Shown here: piece after piece, positions 14,924-31,354 of the stretch | Numbering within the stretch: the stretch's first letter is position 1 | Layout: each line of letters begins with the position of its first letter | Assembly (NCBI GenBank): GCA_964016885.1 | Contig: OZ024742.1 | Coordinates: 171,616,001-171,680,000 of the forward strand | Source of the DNA: Eledone cirrhosa | Lineage: Eukaryota | DNA: 64,000 bases | Reading direction: 5' to 3' | Translations under genes and position numbers: made by a program | Notes under the pieces: generated by a model | Told to the model about the DNA's origin: nothing | Databases searched by the model: none | What the model saw: the letters and a program-made list of their open reading frames with translations, nothing else

Positions 14924-14971
<48 letters not shown>

Positions 14972-15077
14972 AAAATGTATATATGTATATATATATATAT
15001 ATATATACAAATATATATATATATATACAAATATATATATATATATTTCTTTATTTAGATAGATATATAGGTTTATA

Positions 15078-15137
<60 letters not shown>

Positions 15138-15153
15138 TATTAACCTATTTATC

Positions 15154-15203
<50 letters not shown>

Positions 15204-15553
15204 CAGATATGTATGCATATAAATAAATAAATAAACATATACATATATATACATATATATATATGATTGCACATTCATTATTGTCGCCTTTCAATCTTTA
15301 TAATTTTGTGGGGCGTTAGCAAACAGGAACAGTACTGATATCAGACAAACAACCAATTCATTATGGCATTACGTAGATATCGTGTTCTCTATCATCCCAG
15401 TTTGCCCGTGTGGCTATCTATATCTATAGATACATACGCGTGCTACGTATGCGTATATGTTATTGTGTGTTATATCGTTTTTGTACTTTGAAATTTATCA
15501 TGACATGGGTATTTTTGTTACTAAGATTATTATCATTATTATTATGAATACAT

Positions 15554-15745
15554 GACGGTGAATTGGCAGTATCAGTAGAGGCTTGGACGCCATGCTTTCT
15601 AGCATAGTTACGTCCCTTTACGGTTTGAGTTCAAATCCCGTCGAGGTTAACTTTGCCTTTCATCCTTACGGGGTCGATAAAATAAAGTACCAGTAATGTA
15701 CTGGGTAAATGCTGGCCTTGTGCCAAATTTAGAAACAATTATTAT
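15554..15745 (+). mobile_element. tRNA/Nin-domain SINE
   Basis: Full head-to-tail match; 19-bp TSD attattattatgaatacat at 15535-15553 and 15738-15756. Confidence 0.9.
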
Positions 15746-15815
15746 TATGAATACATACTTTATTCGTTTTCTCTAATGTTCGCTCAATGTATGTATGTAT
15801 GTATATATATATATA

Positions 15816-15858
<43 letters not shown>

Positions 15859-15969
15859 ATATATATATATGTGTGTGTATATATATATAGGTTAATGAGA
15901 TGAAATATACCAGGAACCGCTGAGGCACAATTTGTTGCTTGAAAATTCGTTAATATGTGTGTATGAGTT

Positions 15970-16042
<73 letters not shown>

Positions 16043-16321
16043 AGCCGCGCAAAATTTGCTGCGTCGATAACATGTCGAATAGAATCCTTTGCGGTAATTG
16101 TTCCCTCTGTGTTAGTTCACATTCTGCTGAGGTCTACCTTGTCTTTCTTTATTTCGAGATAGATAAAAACACTTGTCTAGTACAGGGAACCTTTCTTTTG
16201 ATATATCTTTCTAACATACTCTCATTTCCTCTCTAAAAGACGAGATGGTCATGGATGGGATTCTTTAGATTATAGGTTTACTTTAGTAGATCAAGGCTGC
16301 CGTGATGACGTAAACAACAAT

Positions 16322-16358
<37 letters not shown>

Positions 16359-17454
16359 ATGACAAAAGGAACACCATCGTTATTAGACATCAGATGTCGG
16401 TGTCATTATGAACTGACAACATTTGTGAACTTTGCCAACGTGAAAGATGATTTGATTTCTCTAGTGAAGAAATGACATTTCAATTTAGATTCTATTTTCT
16501 CTTTAATGTCGGACAAAACCAGGCAAAACGACAGCTCGAACACAAAAAGAATTTTTTTTTGAAAAACATTAAAAGTGTTAACCCCTCCCCCACTCCTCAA
16601 AAATTGACATGAACAAATATAAAAATAAATAAAATATATTCTCGTTTAAGCTAATAAATGAGAAAATAGTTGTTTTATAAATGGCGGAAACCAGAATAAT
16701 AGGCGACAAGAGAATAAAATAATAATTTCTAACTTTGCCAGAAAGTACAAATTTCATGTTGACAGGGTATAGTTTCAGTATATCATTGGTATTGATATTA
16801 CGAAGAGTTCAGGATATGTTGATGATTCAAGCAACCTTAAACAGTCACGGTTCTATGATGCAAAACCTGTAATTTGAAAGCGTTCATATTAAATTTAGAA
16901 CCATCCATTTAATTTTATATGAGAACATGTAATGTGATAAACACGAACACTTTAAATGAAATTGTCAATTTTTGAACAACTAAATACTTCAAAATTTTTC
17001 CTTTTCATAATTAATAGAATTTCTTGGACAGTGTAATCATTAGAAACATAGTAACGAAATGGCTAATGAAAATTCTACTCTCATAAATATTTCATGTAAT
17101 AAAGAGGAAGGGAGAAAATAAATATTGAGAAAATGTGAGTAGGAGAAGTAAGGGGCAAACACAACTACCTAGTCACAGGATATTGACAACATTGATTCGA
17201 AGTACAGGGAGTGGCAGGCGCTGCGTCAGCCACTCTACTTCACGGGGATCCGTTCACAGACAGGATAAACTCCTTCCGATTTTAGGGAGAAAAAGAGCCG
17301 ACCGTCACGAAAAGGAGGCGGCTGATCAAGTCTCGGTATTTGTATATCGCAGGGTTAATCGTCTTCAAAAATTATATATGTATATATATATATCTATATC
17401 CAAAATTAAATTAAGGGTTGTCATGTCTGAGAGACATGCGACATATATATATAG

Positions 17455-17499
<45 letters not shown>

Positions 17500-17508
17500 A
17501 ATATATAT

Positions 17509-17584
<76 letters not shown>

Positions 17585-17637
17585 ATGAGTATATATATAT
17601 ATGTATATTTGTGTGTGTCTGTGTGTGCGTCTCTTGT

Positions 17638-18790
17638 GTCCTATCCCTAAAGGAGAAAGCGGAGCAATTGCTAACAAGTACAGACCTATCTACCTGACCT
17701 CACATATCACCGGTACACATATTCAGAAGGAAAATGATTACATTTCTAGAAGAAAATGGTCTAACTGACTCCCAGAATGGCTCTCACTCGGTTAGAAGTT
17801 GTCTTACACAGCACTTGCAGCATTATGAATGGATACGCAAACAGCTGCTAGACCGTTCGAACGTGGATGTGATATATCTCGAATTTGCGACGGCCATCGA
17901 CAAGGTAGATTAATCTACGTAGCTTTGGCATAACTGGAAAATTAGGTGAATTACTTCAGGTCTTCGTAAATGACAGAAGCCAGACAATTGCTGCCAAGGA
18001 AGCCCTCTCAAAAGAAACATCAATAATAAGCGACGTACCCCACAGAACCGTTTTAGGGCCACTACATTTTGTGATGGCTCTGTCAGACATGTCCTCTCTA
18101 ATACGGACAACCTCCCTCCCAAGTTGTGCTGACGACACGAAAGTAGCACAGGAAATTAATAAAACTGCTGATGCTACTATCTTACAAGATCTAGATGCCA
18201 TATACGAATGGGTTGAAGACAAACATAGGCAATTTAATGCAGGTAAGTTTCAAACCTTCTGCTATCAACCTACAAATATAGGGCCACCTCATCTAAGGTA
18301 CACTGGGCCAGAAGGAATTGAAATTCCAGAGTCAATACGGAACCTGGGTACTGATATGAGCAATCATGCATTGTATCATGCATACATCACAAAATGAAGG
18401 CAATGTGCATATGACTAGCGATTAAGATTATGAGGGCTTAATGATCCTGGAAGTCCTGGAAGAGTTAGCACCAAACATTGATATTGAGGCAGCAACAGCC
18501 CACAGACATGATGCCACAGTGTAATGCCAATGGATCCATCACTCGCATCAAGGATAATAACCGCATAATGCCATAGCCTGGGGTTCAAGGGACCCCAGCC
18601 TTTTAATGAGCTGCCCCCAAAACAGAGATCTACATATAGATGTTTTCAAAAGACATCTCAACATTCTGCTGAAAAAGATCCTGGATTAACCCACAGCACG
18701 TGGTGCAACTCAAATAACGCCAGCAGCAACACACTCTCTTTGCCTCAATGCCAACAAGGGAAAGCTGGCTGTATAAAGTGTAGCATCAAC
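17638..18790 (+). pseudogene. CR1/L2-group LINE reverse transcriptase remnant, 5'-truncated
   Basis: Degenerate translation IPKG..KYRPIYLTS, RSCLTQ, NVDVIYLEFATAIDKVD, TVLGP, CADDTK, FNAGKFQ, RNLG; many stops. Confidence 0.85.
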
Positions 18791-18839
18791 GGCGGTGTAC
18801 CAGTATGGCCTCAGCCTCTCGGCTGGAACGCGTAAAAGA

Positions 18840-19032
18840 ATAATGGTTTCTAGTATAGGCACAAGGTCAATAATTTGCGGGGAGGGAAAAGTCGATTACA
18901 TCGACCTCAGTACGTTACTGGTGCTTTATTTTATCGACTTCGTAAGGATGAAAGGCAAAGTCAACGCCGGCGGGATTTGAACTCAGATCATAAATGGCCG
19001 CAACTCTATGCTGCAAATCATGGGGTCCGACT
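18840..19032 (-). mobile_element. tRNA/Nin-domain SINE (head lost at (TA)n)
   Basis: Tail, Nin domain and B box match the other copies. Confidence 0.85.
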
Positions 19033-19033
19033 T

Positions 19034-19094
<61 letters not shown>

Positions 19095-19114
19095 TCACAC
19101 ATCTACACACAAAC

Positions 19115-19575
19115 CTGTGATCGTTCAACCTGTTTAAAATAACAGCCAAACCATTCTCAAGTCAAACCTCATTTTACGAAAGAGAAAACGTCTTCGCGAA
19201 TAATATATATATATATATATATATTATATTATTCGCGAAGACGTTTTCTCTTTCGTAAAATGAGGTGAAAACGTCTTCGCGAATAATATATATATATATA
19301 TATATATATTATTCGCGAAGACGTTTTCTCTTTCGTAAAAAGAGGTGAAAATGTCTTCGCGAATAATATATATATATACATATATTATTCGCGAAGACGT
19401 TTTCTCTTTCGTAAAATGAGGTGTGATTTGACTGTTATTTTATACAGGTTGAATCTTCGCGAATAATATATATATATATATATATATTATTCGCGAAGAC
19501 GTTTTCTCTTTCGTAAAATGAGGTGTGATTTGAGAATGATTTGGCTGTTATTTTAAACAGGTTGAACGATCACAG
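19115..19575. repeat. Nested palindrome array: four (TA)n-centred hairpins inside one outer inverted repeat
   Basis: tcttcgcgaataa-(TA)n-ttattcgcgaaga occurs 4 times; 19115-19200 is the near reverse complement of 19487-19575. Confidence 0.95.
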
Positions 19576-19894
19576 ATAAAGACGCCCTCAGTGGCTCATG
19601 TTGCCAAGTTTCTTTTTTCGGTTTAAATACACAATTTCGTTTTTCATCAACATAAATCTATGCTTTCATTTCTTTTCCATCCTCATGCTTTATTTACTTC
19701 CACATGACGTGGGGATGTGTAAGACATGGGGAGCACAAACTATATTTATATATATACGTATACATATATATATATATATATAATGGTAAAAAGTTATATA
19801 TATATATGTATATATATGTATATATATATATTTATATATATATATATATAATGGTAAAAAGTTATATATCTATATATACGTATATATATACATA

Positions 19895-19960
<66 letters not shown>

Positions 19961-20005
19961 GTTAAAAAGTTATATATATGTATATATATATATAATGGTA
20001 AAAAG

Positions 20006-20039
<34 letters not shown>

Positions 20040-20081
20040 GGTAAAAATTTATATATCTATATATACGTATATATATACATA

Positions 20082-20143
<62 letters not shown>

Positions 20144-20152
20144 GGTAAAAAG

Positions 20153-20194
<42 letters not shown>

Positions 20195-20415
20195 CTTTTT
20201 AGCATGGGTCATGTATCACTTTTAAAAGGTTGAGCTTATCTTCTTAAGTGACGTCTTATCATAGAGTGGATGGTAGATTATGAGGAAGAAATGAACAGAT
20301 TTAATGGACCGATATATTATTTACGTAAGCGAGTAATAATATGATATGACACTCTTACCCACATACATATGTGCGCACACACTCTCTCTCTCAAACACAC
20401 GCACACACACAAACA

Positions 20416-20484
<69 letters not shown>

Positions 20485-21292
20485 TTGTATGTTTATATAT
20501 ATATATATATAAATATACATAAATAGAATATATGTAAGTATCTGATATATTTATAGTAGCAAAAGCAAAAACACCTCTGTGAAAGAAATATTGTTCTCGG
20601 AGGAGTTATCTAACGGAATGTCGATAACAATACACACACACACACACATACACATACACACACACACATATATATATATATATACATACACACATATATA
20701 TATATATACACACACGCACTCTATCACATACACACAAATACACATATATATATATTTTTCGGATATATACGTAACTGCACTCATATATTTATGCGTATAT
20801 CTATATCTATCTTATACCTTTCATTTATATATTTATATATATATATATATTTCTCTTTTCACACGCACGCAGATACACAAAAATACACACTCACACACAC
20901 ATATATATATATATATATGCAATACACAAGGGTCTATTCAAATGCTTTTTTTTGTTCTTGTCTTTTCTTTTATATTTATCTATTGTTTTGTACTGTTTTA
21001 CTTGTTTTCCTAATTACAAGAATTGTAGCGGTTGCACCCTGCCAGTCAGAAATCCTATCCACTCTACATCAAATAGCTGCTTTAAGAATTCTCAATATCC
21101 CACATGGCAACTCAGCCGATGGACGACGTACAGAGAGAAAATTAGTAACAAACGTCACGTCTCACACATACTGGCATATATATATCTATAAATACACACA
21201 CACATGCACGCACACACACACACACGCACACACACACACACACACACAGACACACACACACACACACACCCACACACACACACACACACCCA

Positions 21293-21336
<44 letters not shown>

Positions 21337-21499
21337 CACACACATATATATATATATATGCATATATGCATACAATATATATGTATGTATGTGTATTGCA
21401 TATATGTATATATAAATATATATATATATATTTATGTATATTCTTATATATACACAAATATACATATATAATTATACCCCCCCCCCCAATACACACACT

Positions 21500-21629
<130 letters not shown>

Positions 21630-22014
21630 TATATTTGTGTGTGTAGGAATATGTGTATACAGAAAGAAATAGAAGGTTGAAAGTAAACAGGGGGTGGGGG
21701 GGACAAGGGGGAGATAAAAAAGAAGAAGCTAAAGAAATGAATAAACTGGTTCTAACTAGATTTAATTGCAATACCTAGTTCTCTACTAGACTGGCTGTTA
21801 TCTTATCTATGTGAGAACGTATCTGCGGGGGTGCCTCTTCAGCCTCCTGGCGATATACGGGTACGAAGAATAATAGTCGACGTATTTGATGTCGGTTGTG
21901 ATGGTGGTGCATTTGTTTGTGGTACCCGTGGTGATGTTGGTTGTTTTGGTAGTGTTGTTTGTGGTTGTGGTGATGCTGGTGTGGTGTTGGTGATGGCGTG
22001 GTTGCAGTGTATGT

Positions 22015-22047
<33 letters not shown>

Positions 22048-22319
22048 TTGGTATGTGTTAGTTCCTGTTGATGCTACGTGTGGTGGGCTTGTGTGCAATG
22101 GTGTATAGTAAATTTGTGAAGGTCTGTAGGTGCCATGAAACAGGGGACGGGATTGTGAGGTTGTGGGGTCTGGTGCTCGTATTAGTTTCTGTCAGTTTCT
22201 CTGTCGACGAAGAAAAAGATTGAGGGAATATGTGTGGCTGAAGGAGGCTGAAAGTATTAGAGAGAGAGTGATAGAGACATACATGGAGAGATAGATATAT
22301 ATATTTCTTTATGGGGAGG

Positions 22320-22352
<33 letters not shown>

Positions 22353-23613
22353 AGTTGGAGGGAGGGAATGAAGGAGTGAATCTGGGTAAGAGTGTGTAAG
22401 AGATAGTAAATGTGTGTGAGTGATGAAAAGAGAGATTAAATTTGTTTGAGAGAAGGAGAGACAACATAATGATTAAATTAATTCCTGTTTGTGTGTTAGT
22501 TTGAGAGAGAGAGAGATGAAGAGTCATTAAGTGAATGCATGTGTATGAGAGAGAATGGGTGAATGAATGTGTGCGCGTGCGAGTGAGAGAGAGAGAAAGA
22601 GAGTGATAGATAGATAGAGAGATAGAGAGATAGAGAGCGAGAGAGAGAGAGCTGAGAGCCGAAAAAGAAAGAAATGAGGCGGAGATAGACGAGAAAAAAA
22701 TAGTTAAGAGAGATGAGAAGGAAAGAAATGAGATAGAGAAATAAGAGAGAGGTGGGAGAGCGATAAGGGAGAGAGCTATATATGAGGGAGGGAGAAATGA
22801 GAAGGAGAAGAGAGAGATGAGAGAGAGATGATAGAAAGTGAGACAGTCAGTGTGGCAATGAAGTCAAACAAAACAAATCAAAATCCAATAGGCGTTCAGA
22901 TAACCGCTTAAATAATGCCTCATTCTCCATGAATAGCCTGCTTGGTAGCGTTAAAAGAGGGAACGACTGACTGTGTTTACAGAAGGGGTCACTGGAAGTG
23001 CTAAAACTGGAGAGGCTGGTGGTATTAGGAGACGGGATGACAAATTGTCATTAATCATAGAGAGACTGGCTGAGTATTTCATGACATTTCGAGGATTTAA
23101 CAAAATTTTCACAATAAGAAAAACGAAATCAGATCGGGGGCGATGAGTTTGAGTTCATATGCTTGGCATATTTATCCTAAGAATAACATTGACATCATTC
23201 CTGGAATAAAGGTGCGTCTAAATATCATTAGATGTTGTAATTAAAATAGAACATAAGGTGGAGCAAAACACGCAAATGAAAGTAGGAAATAAAAGCTAAT
23301 AAAAGCATTATAATTTACACAATCTATGAATGGAAGGAGTATCGAAGCCTTCCACGTTTACAACTCATTTTTCAGGAAAGAGGAGGTAACCAATATAGCC
23401 TCAATTAGTTTCATGTTTAATGTTCTCTTATTCTGTAACTGATTCCATTAGTTGGAGATCGACCATGCTGGATTACCATTTAATCGATGTCTAGTGACTC
23501 TATTTATTGAGATGTACCTTTTATTTCGTTTCAGATCGTAGCCGCTCATAGGAGAGCAATACCAGAAAACGCCGCACACAAACACACACACACACACACA
23601 CACGTGTGTGTGT

Positions 23614-23670
<57 letters not shown>

Positions 23671-26600
23671 ACGGGTTTCCACTCACAAGGAATTGGTTAA
23701 CCAGAGGCTATAGTAGCGAACACTAAGTACAAAATGTGAATGTACTGGAAACCATGTGGTTGCACCACTTTCTACCCAGTCAGTACGCAATTCTAGAGAA
23801 TTGGTGCTAGTAACAAATATCATATGGTGTTTGATGTATGTCTTCCGTCAACGTTTTGTTTTGATTTTACATTTTACATGACCAGGGCTGACATTCTAAA
23901 TATACGTTGTCTCTAAGGCGGGATTTTCACACATTTCTTTGATGTCGTTGACAGGAAGGGAAGGCCTAAAACAACGAGGAATACATCAACATGTGTAAGT
24001 ATGTGTTTGCGTAAGTAGTGTGTGTATGTTTTTATCTGTAAAAGGGGGTAGCTTTTGAGATGATAAATTATGAGTATTCATAAGTACGTACACACACAAA
24101 CACACGCATATATATATATATATATATGTATGAGGAGGCGGCGAATTGACAGTCGTAAGAACGTCGGATAGAATGATTTGCGGTATTCATTTCGGCTTTC
24201 TGCTCTCTGAGTTAAAAATCCTGCCGAGGTCAACTATACATTTCATTCATTGAAGGTCGATTTAAAATGTACCAGGCTGGTACTGGAGTCGATCCTTTTA
24301 CTATATATGTTTCTTACTTCCATTCTCTCACTTTCAATGGAAGGCATCTGTTGTGTTCAGACCTGGATAGACGATGGGCTTCGGCACATTTTAAAAATAC
24401 TCTGGAAACGCCGTATGGTGTTGCTTCTCCATACATACATACAGACATCCATGATTGCTGCAACTCGATTTCGAATAATGCCATCGCTTGATACTTAAGC
24501 ATCACGGACGTGGCGTCTGTGAAAACCTCTCACATATGCACGTTAGTTTCTTGCGAATGCTGTTTCGTTGATCGAGCAACTAAAAGAAACCGACGGAGAT
24601 CCATTCCATTCAATATATATAGAACTCTATTCAAAGTACCGTTACCAGATTCGCTAAAATAATTAACAAAATCCTCCAGTTTACGTTGACATTTAAATAA
24701 GAATCAATTCTTAGAACGGCAGGCTCTTGGAATTTTGGAAATGTATCGGAATTCGCCGAAAGCCTGTCTGTATTTACTGGCATTTTCTGTGTCTGTAAAT
24801 TTGAGGATGTGTGTGTATGTGATTGAGAAAGAGAGAGAGAAATAGAGACAGTGTGAGATAGAGTCAGATAGAGAAAAATGACGGAGAGAGAGAGACAGGG
24901 AGAGAGCAAGATAGTAGGTTATGTGTGTTTTTGTGTCTTTAATATGTCTATATATATACATAGTGTTCTATTCATTATATCTATTAAGGTAGGGAGTGAT
25001 AAATTAATAGAACACGTGTGTATCGGTGAGTACATAGTTAGAAAGTGAGAGACAGTGAAAAGAGAGAAATAAAGATATAAGAAAGAGAAGTGAGAATGAT
25101 AGCTTCTATGTCTGCATATAAATACATTTCACAACACATACAAGTGAGTGAGCAGAGAATATAAATATATTTGATGCAGCGTAAGGTAAGGGAAAGTAGA
25201 AAGATAGCGAAAGGTTAAATATATTTGTTTCTGTGATAGACCAAATAGACAAAGAAGACTGCAATTTTTCTTTGTGTGCTAGCAGTCGCTGTTACCATGG
25301 CCTAATATTTTATTTTGGTAGCATAGACCATCAATATTCAGTCTTGATCAGAGCTGGGGTACCTGTGCTCTTAAGGTCACATATAGCTTTCTAAGTGCGG
25401 CAATCTGAAAGAAGCACAACCTTTGAAAGAAACTCATTGTGGTGGAGTATGTTTTGCTGATTTCCTTTTACATAATGTCTGCGTTTTCAACTCATTATCA
25501 CTCGTAGATAACACGTGCATATTCATTAAGAAACATTGGATACAATTTGCGATTTCAAATAAGGTCATCCCACCTCAAAATTGACGATCATAATAATCAA
25601 TCCGGGCGTCTGGGTCCACGCATGTCAGCACCCAGGCATATTTTAAACAACTTCTCTAGTATTATTTATAGTGATCAAGTATCATCATGATTATTTCCAT
25701 TTAGACTCACACTTTTCAAATATCACTTGTATGCTTTAAAATTTACATTTGTAATCATATTTCATAAAATGACTGATGTTTAGAGAGAAAATATGTTTTA
25801 TAAAATTTGACCTCCTTCAATGTCTGTTGATTTCCATGCGGCCTTTCAACATAAAAAGTTTCCCAACTCTTGGATTAGAGATTTAAAGGTCGCTACCCTT
25901 CTGAATTAGCATCTGCCGAAGAGCTTCCTTAAGATGAGAAATGTTTTTTTACCTCTATGTTTCTTTCAAGTAATGGTCTTCAATAAGAATGGTAAGGGAG
26001 GAGAAGAAAGTTATTTTCAAACCGTAGATATGACCTGAATTCTGCAACAGAGTAGAGTTCGCTAAAGCATTGAAAGACCAGGTTGATATGAATTCAAAAC
26101 GCAAAAGATGCGGAACATGACATCCTGTTGGCGTACATATGTGTCCCTCAAACTATCTTCCAGTGACCCGAGGCAGAATATTTATCAAATTTCCCCCGTT
26201 TTAATAATATTTACAGTACAATGTACTCATGAAATACAATAAAATGGAAGAAACGGAAATAAAAAAAAGTGAAAACGGAAAAAAGCGTATTTGCTAAAAC
26301 TAAAACAGTTGAAGAAAATTTGAAACGAACAAATTGTTCCGCTACATTTTGTACAAATTCACTTACTATCATATGTAAATTCATGAAAAGCATAATTAGT
26401 AGCCCATCAGCTCTATTGTAGAAGAAAATTCCTTCACCAGTGCAATACTTTGGAAGTAGAAAATAATATTCTATAGATAGTATACGGATCTTATCCTTAT
26501 CAAAAGAGCATTGTACGTCCATTAATCGGCATGCGTAGTCCAATTTCAAATGAATATCTTAATGACGCTAGATATAACACCCAGGAAAATTGTTTTCAGT

Positions 26601-26799
26601 AATTCAACAATAAAGGATTAGTAAATATCAATAAGAAAATTCAGTTACGGACAAGATACGTAAATGTGTCTAGCTTGTATTCACCCCCAGGGGCATTGGC
26701 ATAAGTTAAGCTATGTTTACATGCCTCTCTGATTTAGACATTTTTAGCTATATTTTCATTAAGATACTAGTGGCAAATAAGTTTCCATTTTCTCTGTTT

Positions 26800-26887
<88 letters not shown>

Positions 26888-26919
26888 AAAGTATAAAGTC
26901 TGTCATAAGCCAGGAGGTT

Positions 26920-27150
26920 TGTATGGCCGGTGCTTATCCAGGTTTCATGGCGTGAAGCGACTGTAAGTACAATATTTCCCTCTGGACAGGACGCCAGGTC
27001 ATCGCAGGGTTAAACCTCCAGTTATTGCTGGTACTCATTTTCAGGTGAGCAACGCGAAATGATGCGTTTTGCTCAAGAACACGACATGCAACCCAGGAAT
27101 CGAACCCACAACGTTATGATCGTAAGTTTACCATCTTTACCACTAGGCTA
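26920..27150 (-). mobile_element. Second tRNA-derived SINE family (V-domain-like)
   Basis: Minus strand TAGCCTAGTGG (A box), GGTTCGATTCC (B box), gtgttcttgagcaaaac and cctgcgatgacctggcgtcc; second diverged copy at 60595-60825. Confidence 0.75.
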
Positions 27151-27232
27151 CCTATAGTTTTTACAATACTGTTCACAATTTACGTCACCACAACATAACT
27201 CTGTATTATATTTCGATATTTATTACGCACTC

Positions 27233-28106
<874 letters not shown>

Positions 28107-28814
28107 GACGAACCCACAACATACACACGTCAACATACATACCTACATCAGCATACATCTCTATCCACATATAAACACAATGACATACGTAAAGACACAT
28201 GTTCTATGGTGCAATACAAATATACACAAATTTGCATACCTTTTGATGTCTATAGATATAAACGTGAAGACACACACACATACATATACGCACACATGCA
28301 TTGCACACTGATGGGCACATACGTATTTGTACACAAGTATTCCAATACGGCAAGGCCTAATGGATTCACCTTGCAGTACGTACAATCTCGACACTCACAC
28401 ACACCTTGGTATTATGCCAATACTATATATCATTTCACACCTTTTATTATTAAGGTTTTTGATGTTCTATTGAGAGAATCGTTTTTACTGAAAATATCGA
28501 ATAATGTACACCATTTTTACCAGTATCACAAAAATACTGGTTCACCCACACACACACACACACACATATATATATACACCCACACACATACACACACACA
28601 CACACAAACACACACTTCTCCGTATAAGACAATAGTTGAAAAATATCTTTTAACATGTTAAAATATCCCACACACACGTACAGACACATTCCTACTGACC
28701 ATCCCTCTACCAGGAATTAATCTGCTACACACACACACACACACAGACATATATATATACACACACACACATATATACACACACATATACACACGCTTAC
28801 ATTAACATACAAAG

Positions 28815-28845
<31 letters not shown>

Positions 28846-30237
28846 TCTTAATATGCATTTGAACTGTCAACAGGCTGCGGTTCGCACACACATCCCTGCT
28901 GACCATTATCACAACAACGAACCTCTTTACTACTACTACTACTACACACACACACACACACACATATTTGTCTTGAAAGACTTATTTTTCAGTGACTTCT
29001 CAATCAGCCGAGAAAAACCTACATTTGTCGCAAAATCAATTTTTAACATTTACATGACCTCTACCGACCAATCAAAATTGTTTTGACCACAAGAATTTTT
29101 TCATACATCTGGAGCCACTTTTTTTTTTACATAAAAAAGGTAGAATTTCTAAAACTAATCAGATTAGAGCAAACATCACGGGCGCTCTATCTCAAAATTA
29201 TTTTTGGAAAGCATTAGAAATGCGCAACCGGTAAAACTTAAAACCAAAACTGAATACTAAACAATACTATTACTAATTTTTACTTATTCCTAATTAAACT
29301 ATTTTTCACTGCTAACAATTTGTCAGCATTTTCTTTTCCTTTTACCAATATATATATATATATATATGAATAAAGCTAGTCCTTCATCAGTGATCTTCCA
29401 ACCATCATTGGTATTTCATCGCTTTAAAGACCATATACCTCCGGTTGGTGCGAGCAACGGCTAAAAAAAGTCGTGGGGACACGTAAATAAAGGGGACATG
29501 AGAGTGTAAACAAACAAAGATGGTGAAGCAACGAAAAGTGAGATATATATATATGTATGTATGTGTGTGTGTGTGAGTGCCTAATAAATATCGAAATATA
29601 ATACGGTGTTATGTTGTGGTGACGTAAATTGTAAACAGTATTGTAAACACTACTACTTTGTTATTTTTTTTAAAAGAATGATACAGGTTTTCCATATTTT
29701 ATTCACAATCTGTATTACCATGACAACGTAATTCGATTAAAAATTACATTCATTCAGATTTTCGTCTTTTTTGTTACTAGAATTCATACCGTATGTATTA
29801 CAATTGTTTACACTATCATATTCTGTTTTAAGACTGAAATGGCAGAGACGGCCGGTTGATGGGTAAAACAATTGGCTTTAAACGTTCAGGCTTTTAAAAT
29901 TTCTGCGTTCAAATCTCACTGATTCCAAATTTCACTTTTTCTCCTTAAGGTACTTTTTGAAATCTCATATATGTATATATGTATGTATGTGTGTATATAT
30001 GTATGTATGTATCTGTATATATGTATGTATGTGTGTGTGTATGTATATGGAGAGATTACTCTGGTGCTTTATGGTCCACCTGATTCCTTACCGCATTTTC
30101 TTTGTTATATATATATATATATAAATGATATATATATATATATATATATATAAATGATATATATATATATATATATATATATAAATGATATATATATATA
30201 TATATATAAATGATATATATATATATATGTATATAAA

Positions 30238-30278
<41 letters not shown>

Positions 30279-30647
30279 TATCTATATATATATATATATA
30301 TATATATCATAATCGTACTTTTAATTCAAAACGTGACATATGTCAGAAACCGTGAATAAATATATATTTATTTTATTCTTGTGATATTATTTTAATCGAT
30401 GATTATTGAAGTAATGTATGGGTTCATATTGTCATGCTGTCATTCCGCCATTCCATGACATTGCCGTTCCTGCCTTATACTTATACACATAGGTATATTA
30501 CATCTTTTCTAAAAAAAATGTTTCAAAGAATATAAAATAATCTACATTTATGTAATTAGTCTCATACACTGTTGCCTGAAGACCGAAAACATGAAGCTGG
30601 CAATTATAATTTGTGAAGCTCTAGGTTCAAAATATTACTACACATTG

Positions 30648-30745
<98 letters not shown>

Positions 30746-31139
30746 GTATATAAACATACATATATGTAGGAGGTGAGTTTTATTGTAGTACAATAAAGCA
30801 ATGCATATATCGGATAAGAAGCACTCTACAGTTTGTAGGACTGGAGTATACATAATATATAAGATCAAAAGATGGTTAAATGAGTTCCAAGTATTTTATT
30901 ATGCGCATTTCAAAAACAAATATCATCATGCAATAACATTTGTGTTTTGATCAGATAAAATAGGAAGATATGATATGAAGGTTAAAAACACTTGTGGATA
31001 GTGCAGTTTTAAATCAACATACATATATAAATAAACATACATATATATATATATATATATACAAGCACACACAAATACGCACACACACACATACATATAT
31101 AAATATTTATATATATGCATGTATATACATACATATATA

Positions 31140-31189
<50 letters not shown>

Positions 31190-31354
31190 CGCACTCACAT
31201 GCATATGCGTGTATGATTGTCTGTATATATATATATATATATGTACGTATATATATATATATATATATAATATATAAATATATATATATATATATATTTC
31301 GTTTCTGAATTTGTTTAGCAAGATTCTTTATCTGAAAACGTGTGCTGAAACCGA

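Noticed and set aside
19190-19520. CRISPR-like repeat-spacer appearance
   Set aside because: Repeats alternate in orientation, the spacers are (TA)n, the context is eukaryotic, and there are no cas genes.
21775-21850. CTGAAGA on the minus strand as a hammerhead (similar partial hits at about 8450-8490, 13880, 17250, 29385, 31540 and 63865)
   Set aside because: GAAA or closing helices are missing; at best unrecognisable relics.
25640-26700. Possible transposon remnant, including ORF 26211-26549
   Set aside because: No diagnostic motif found in the frames I translated.
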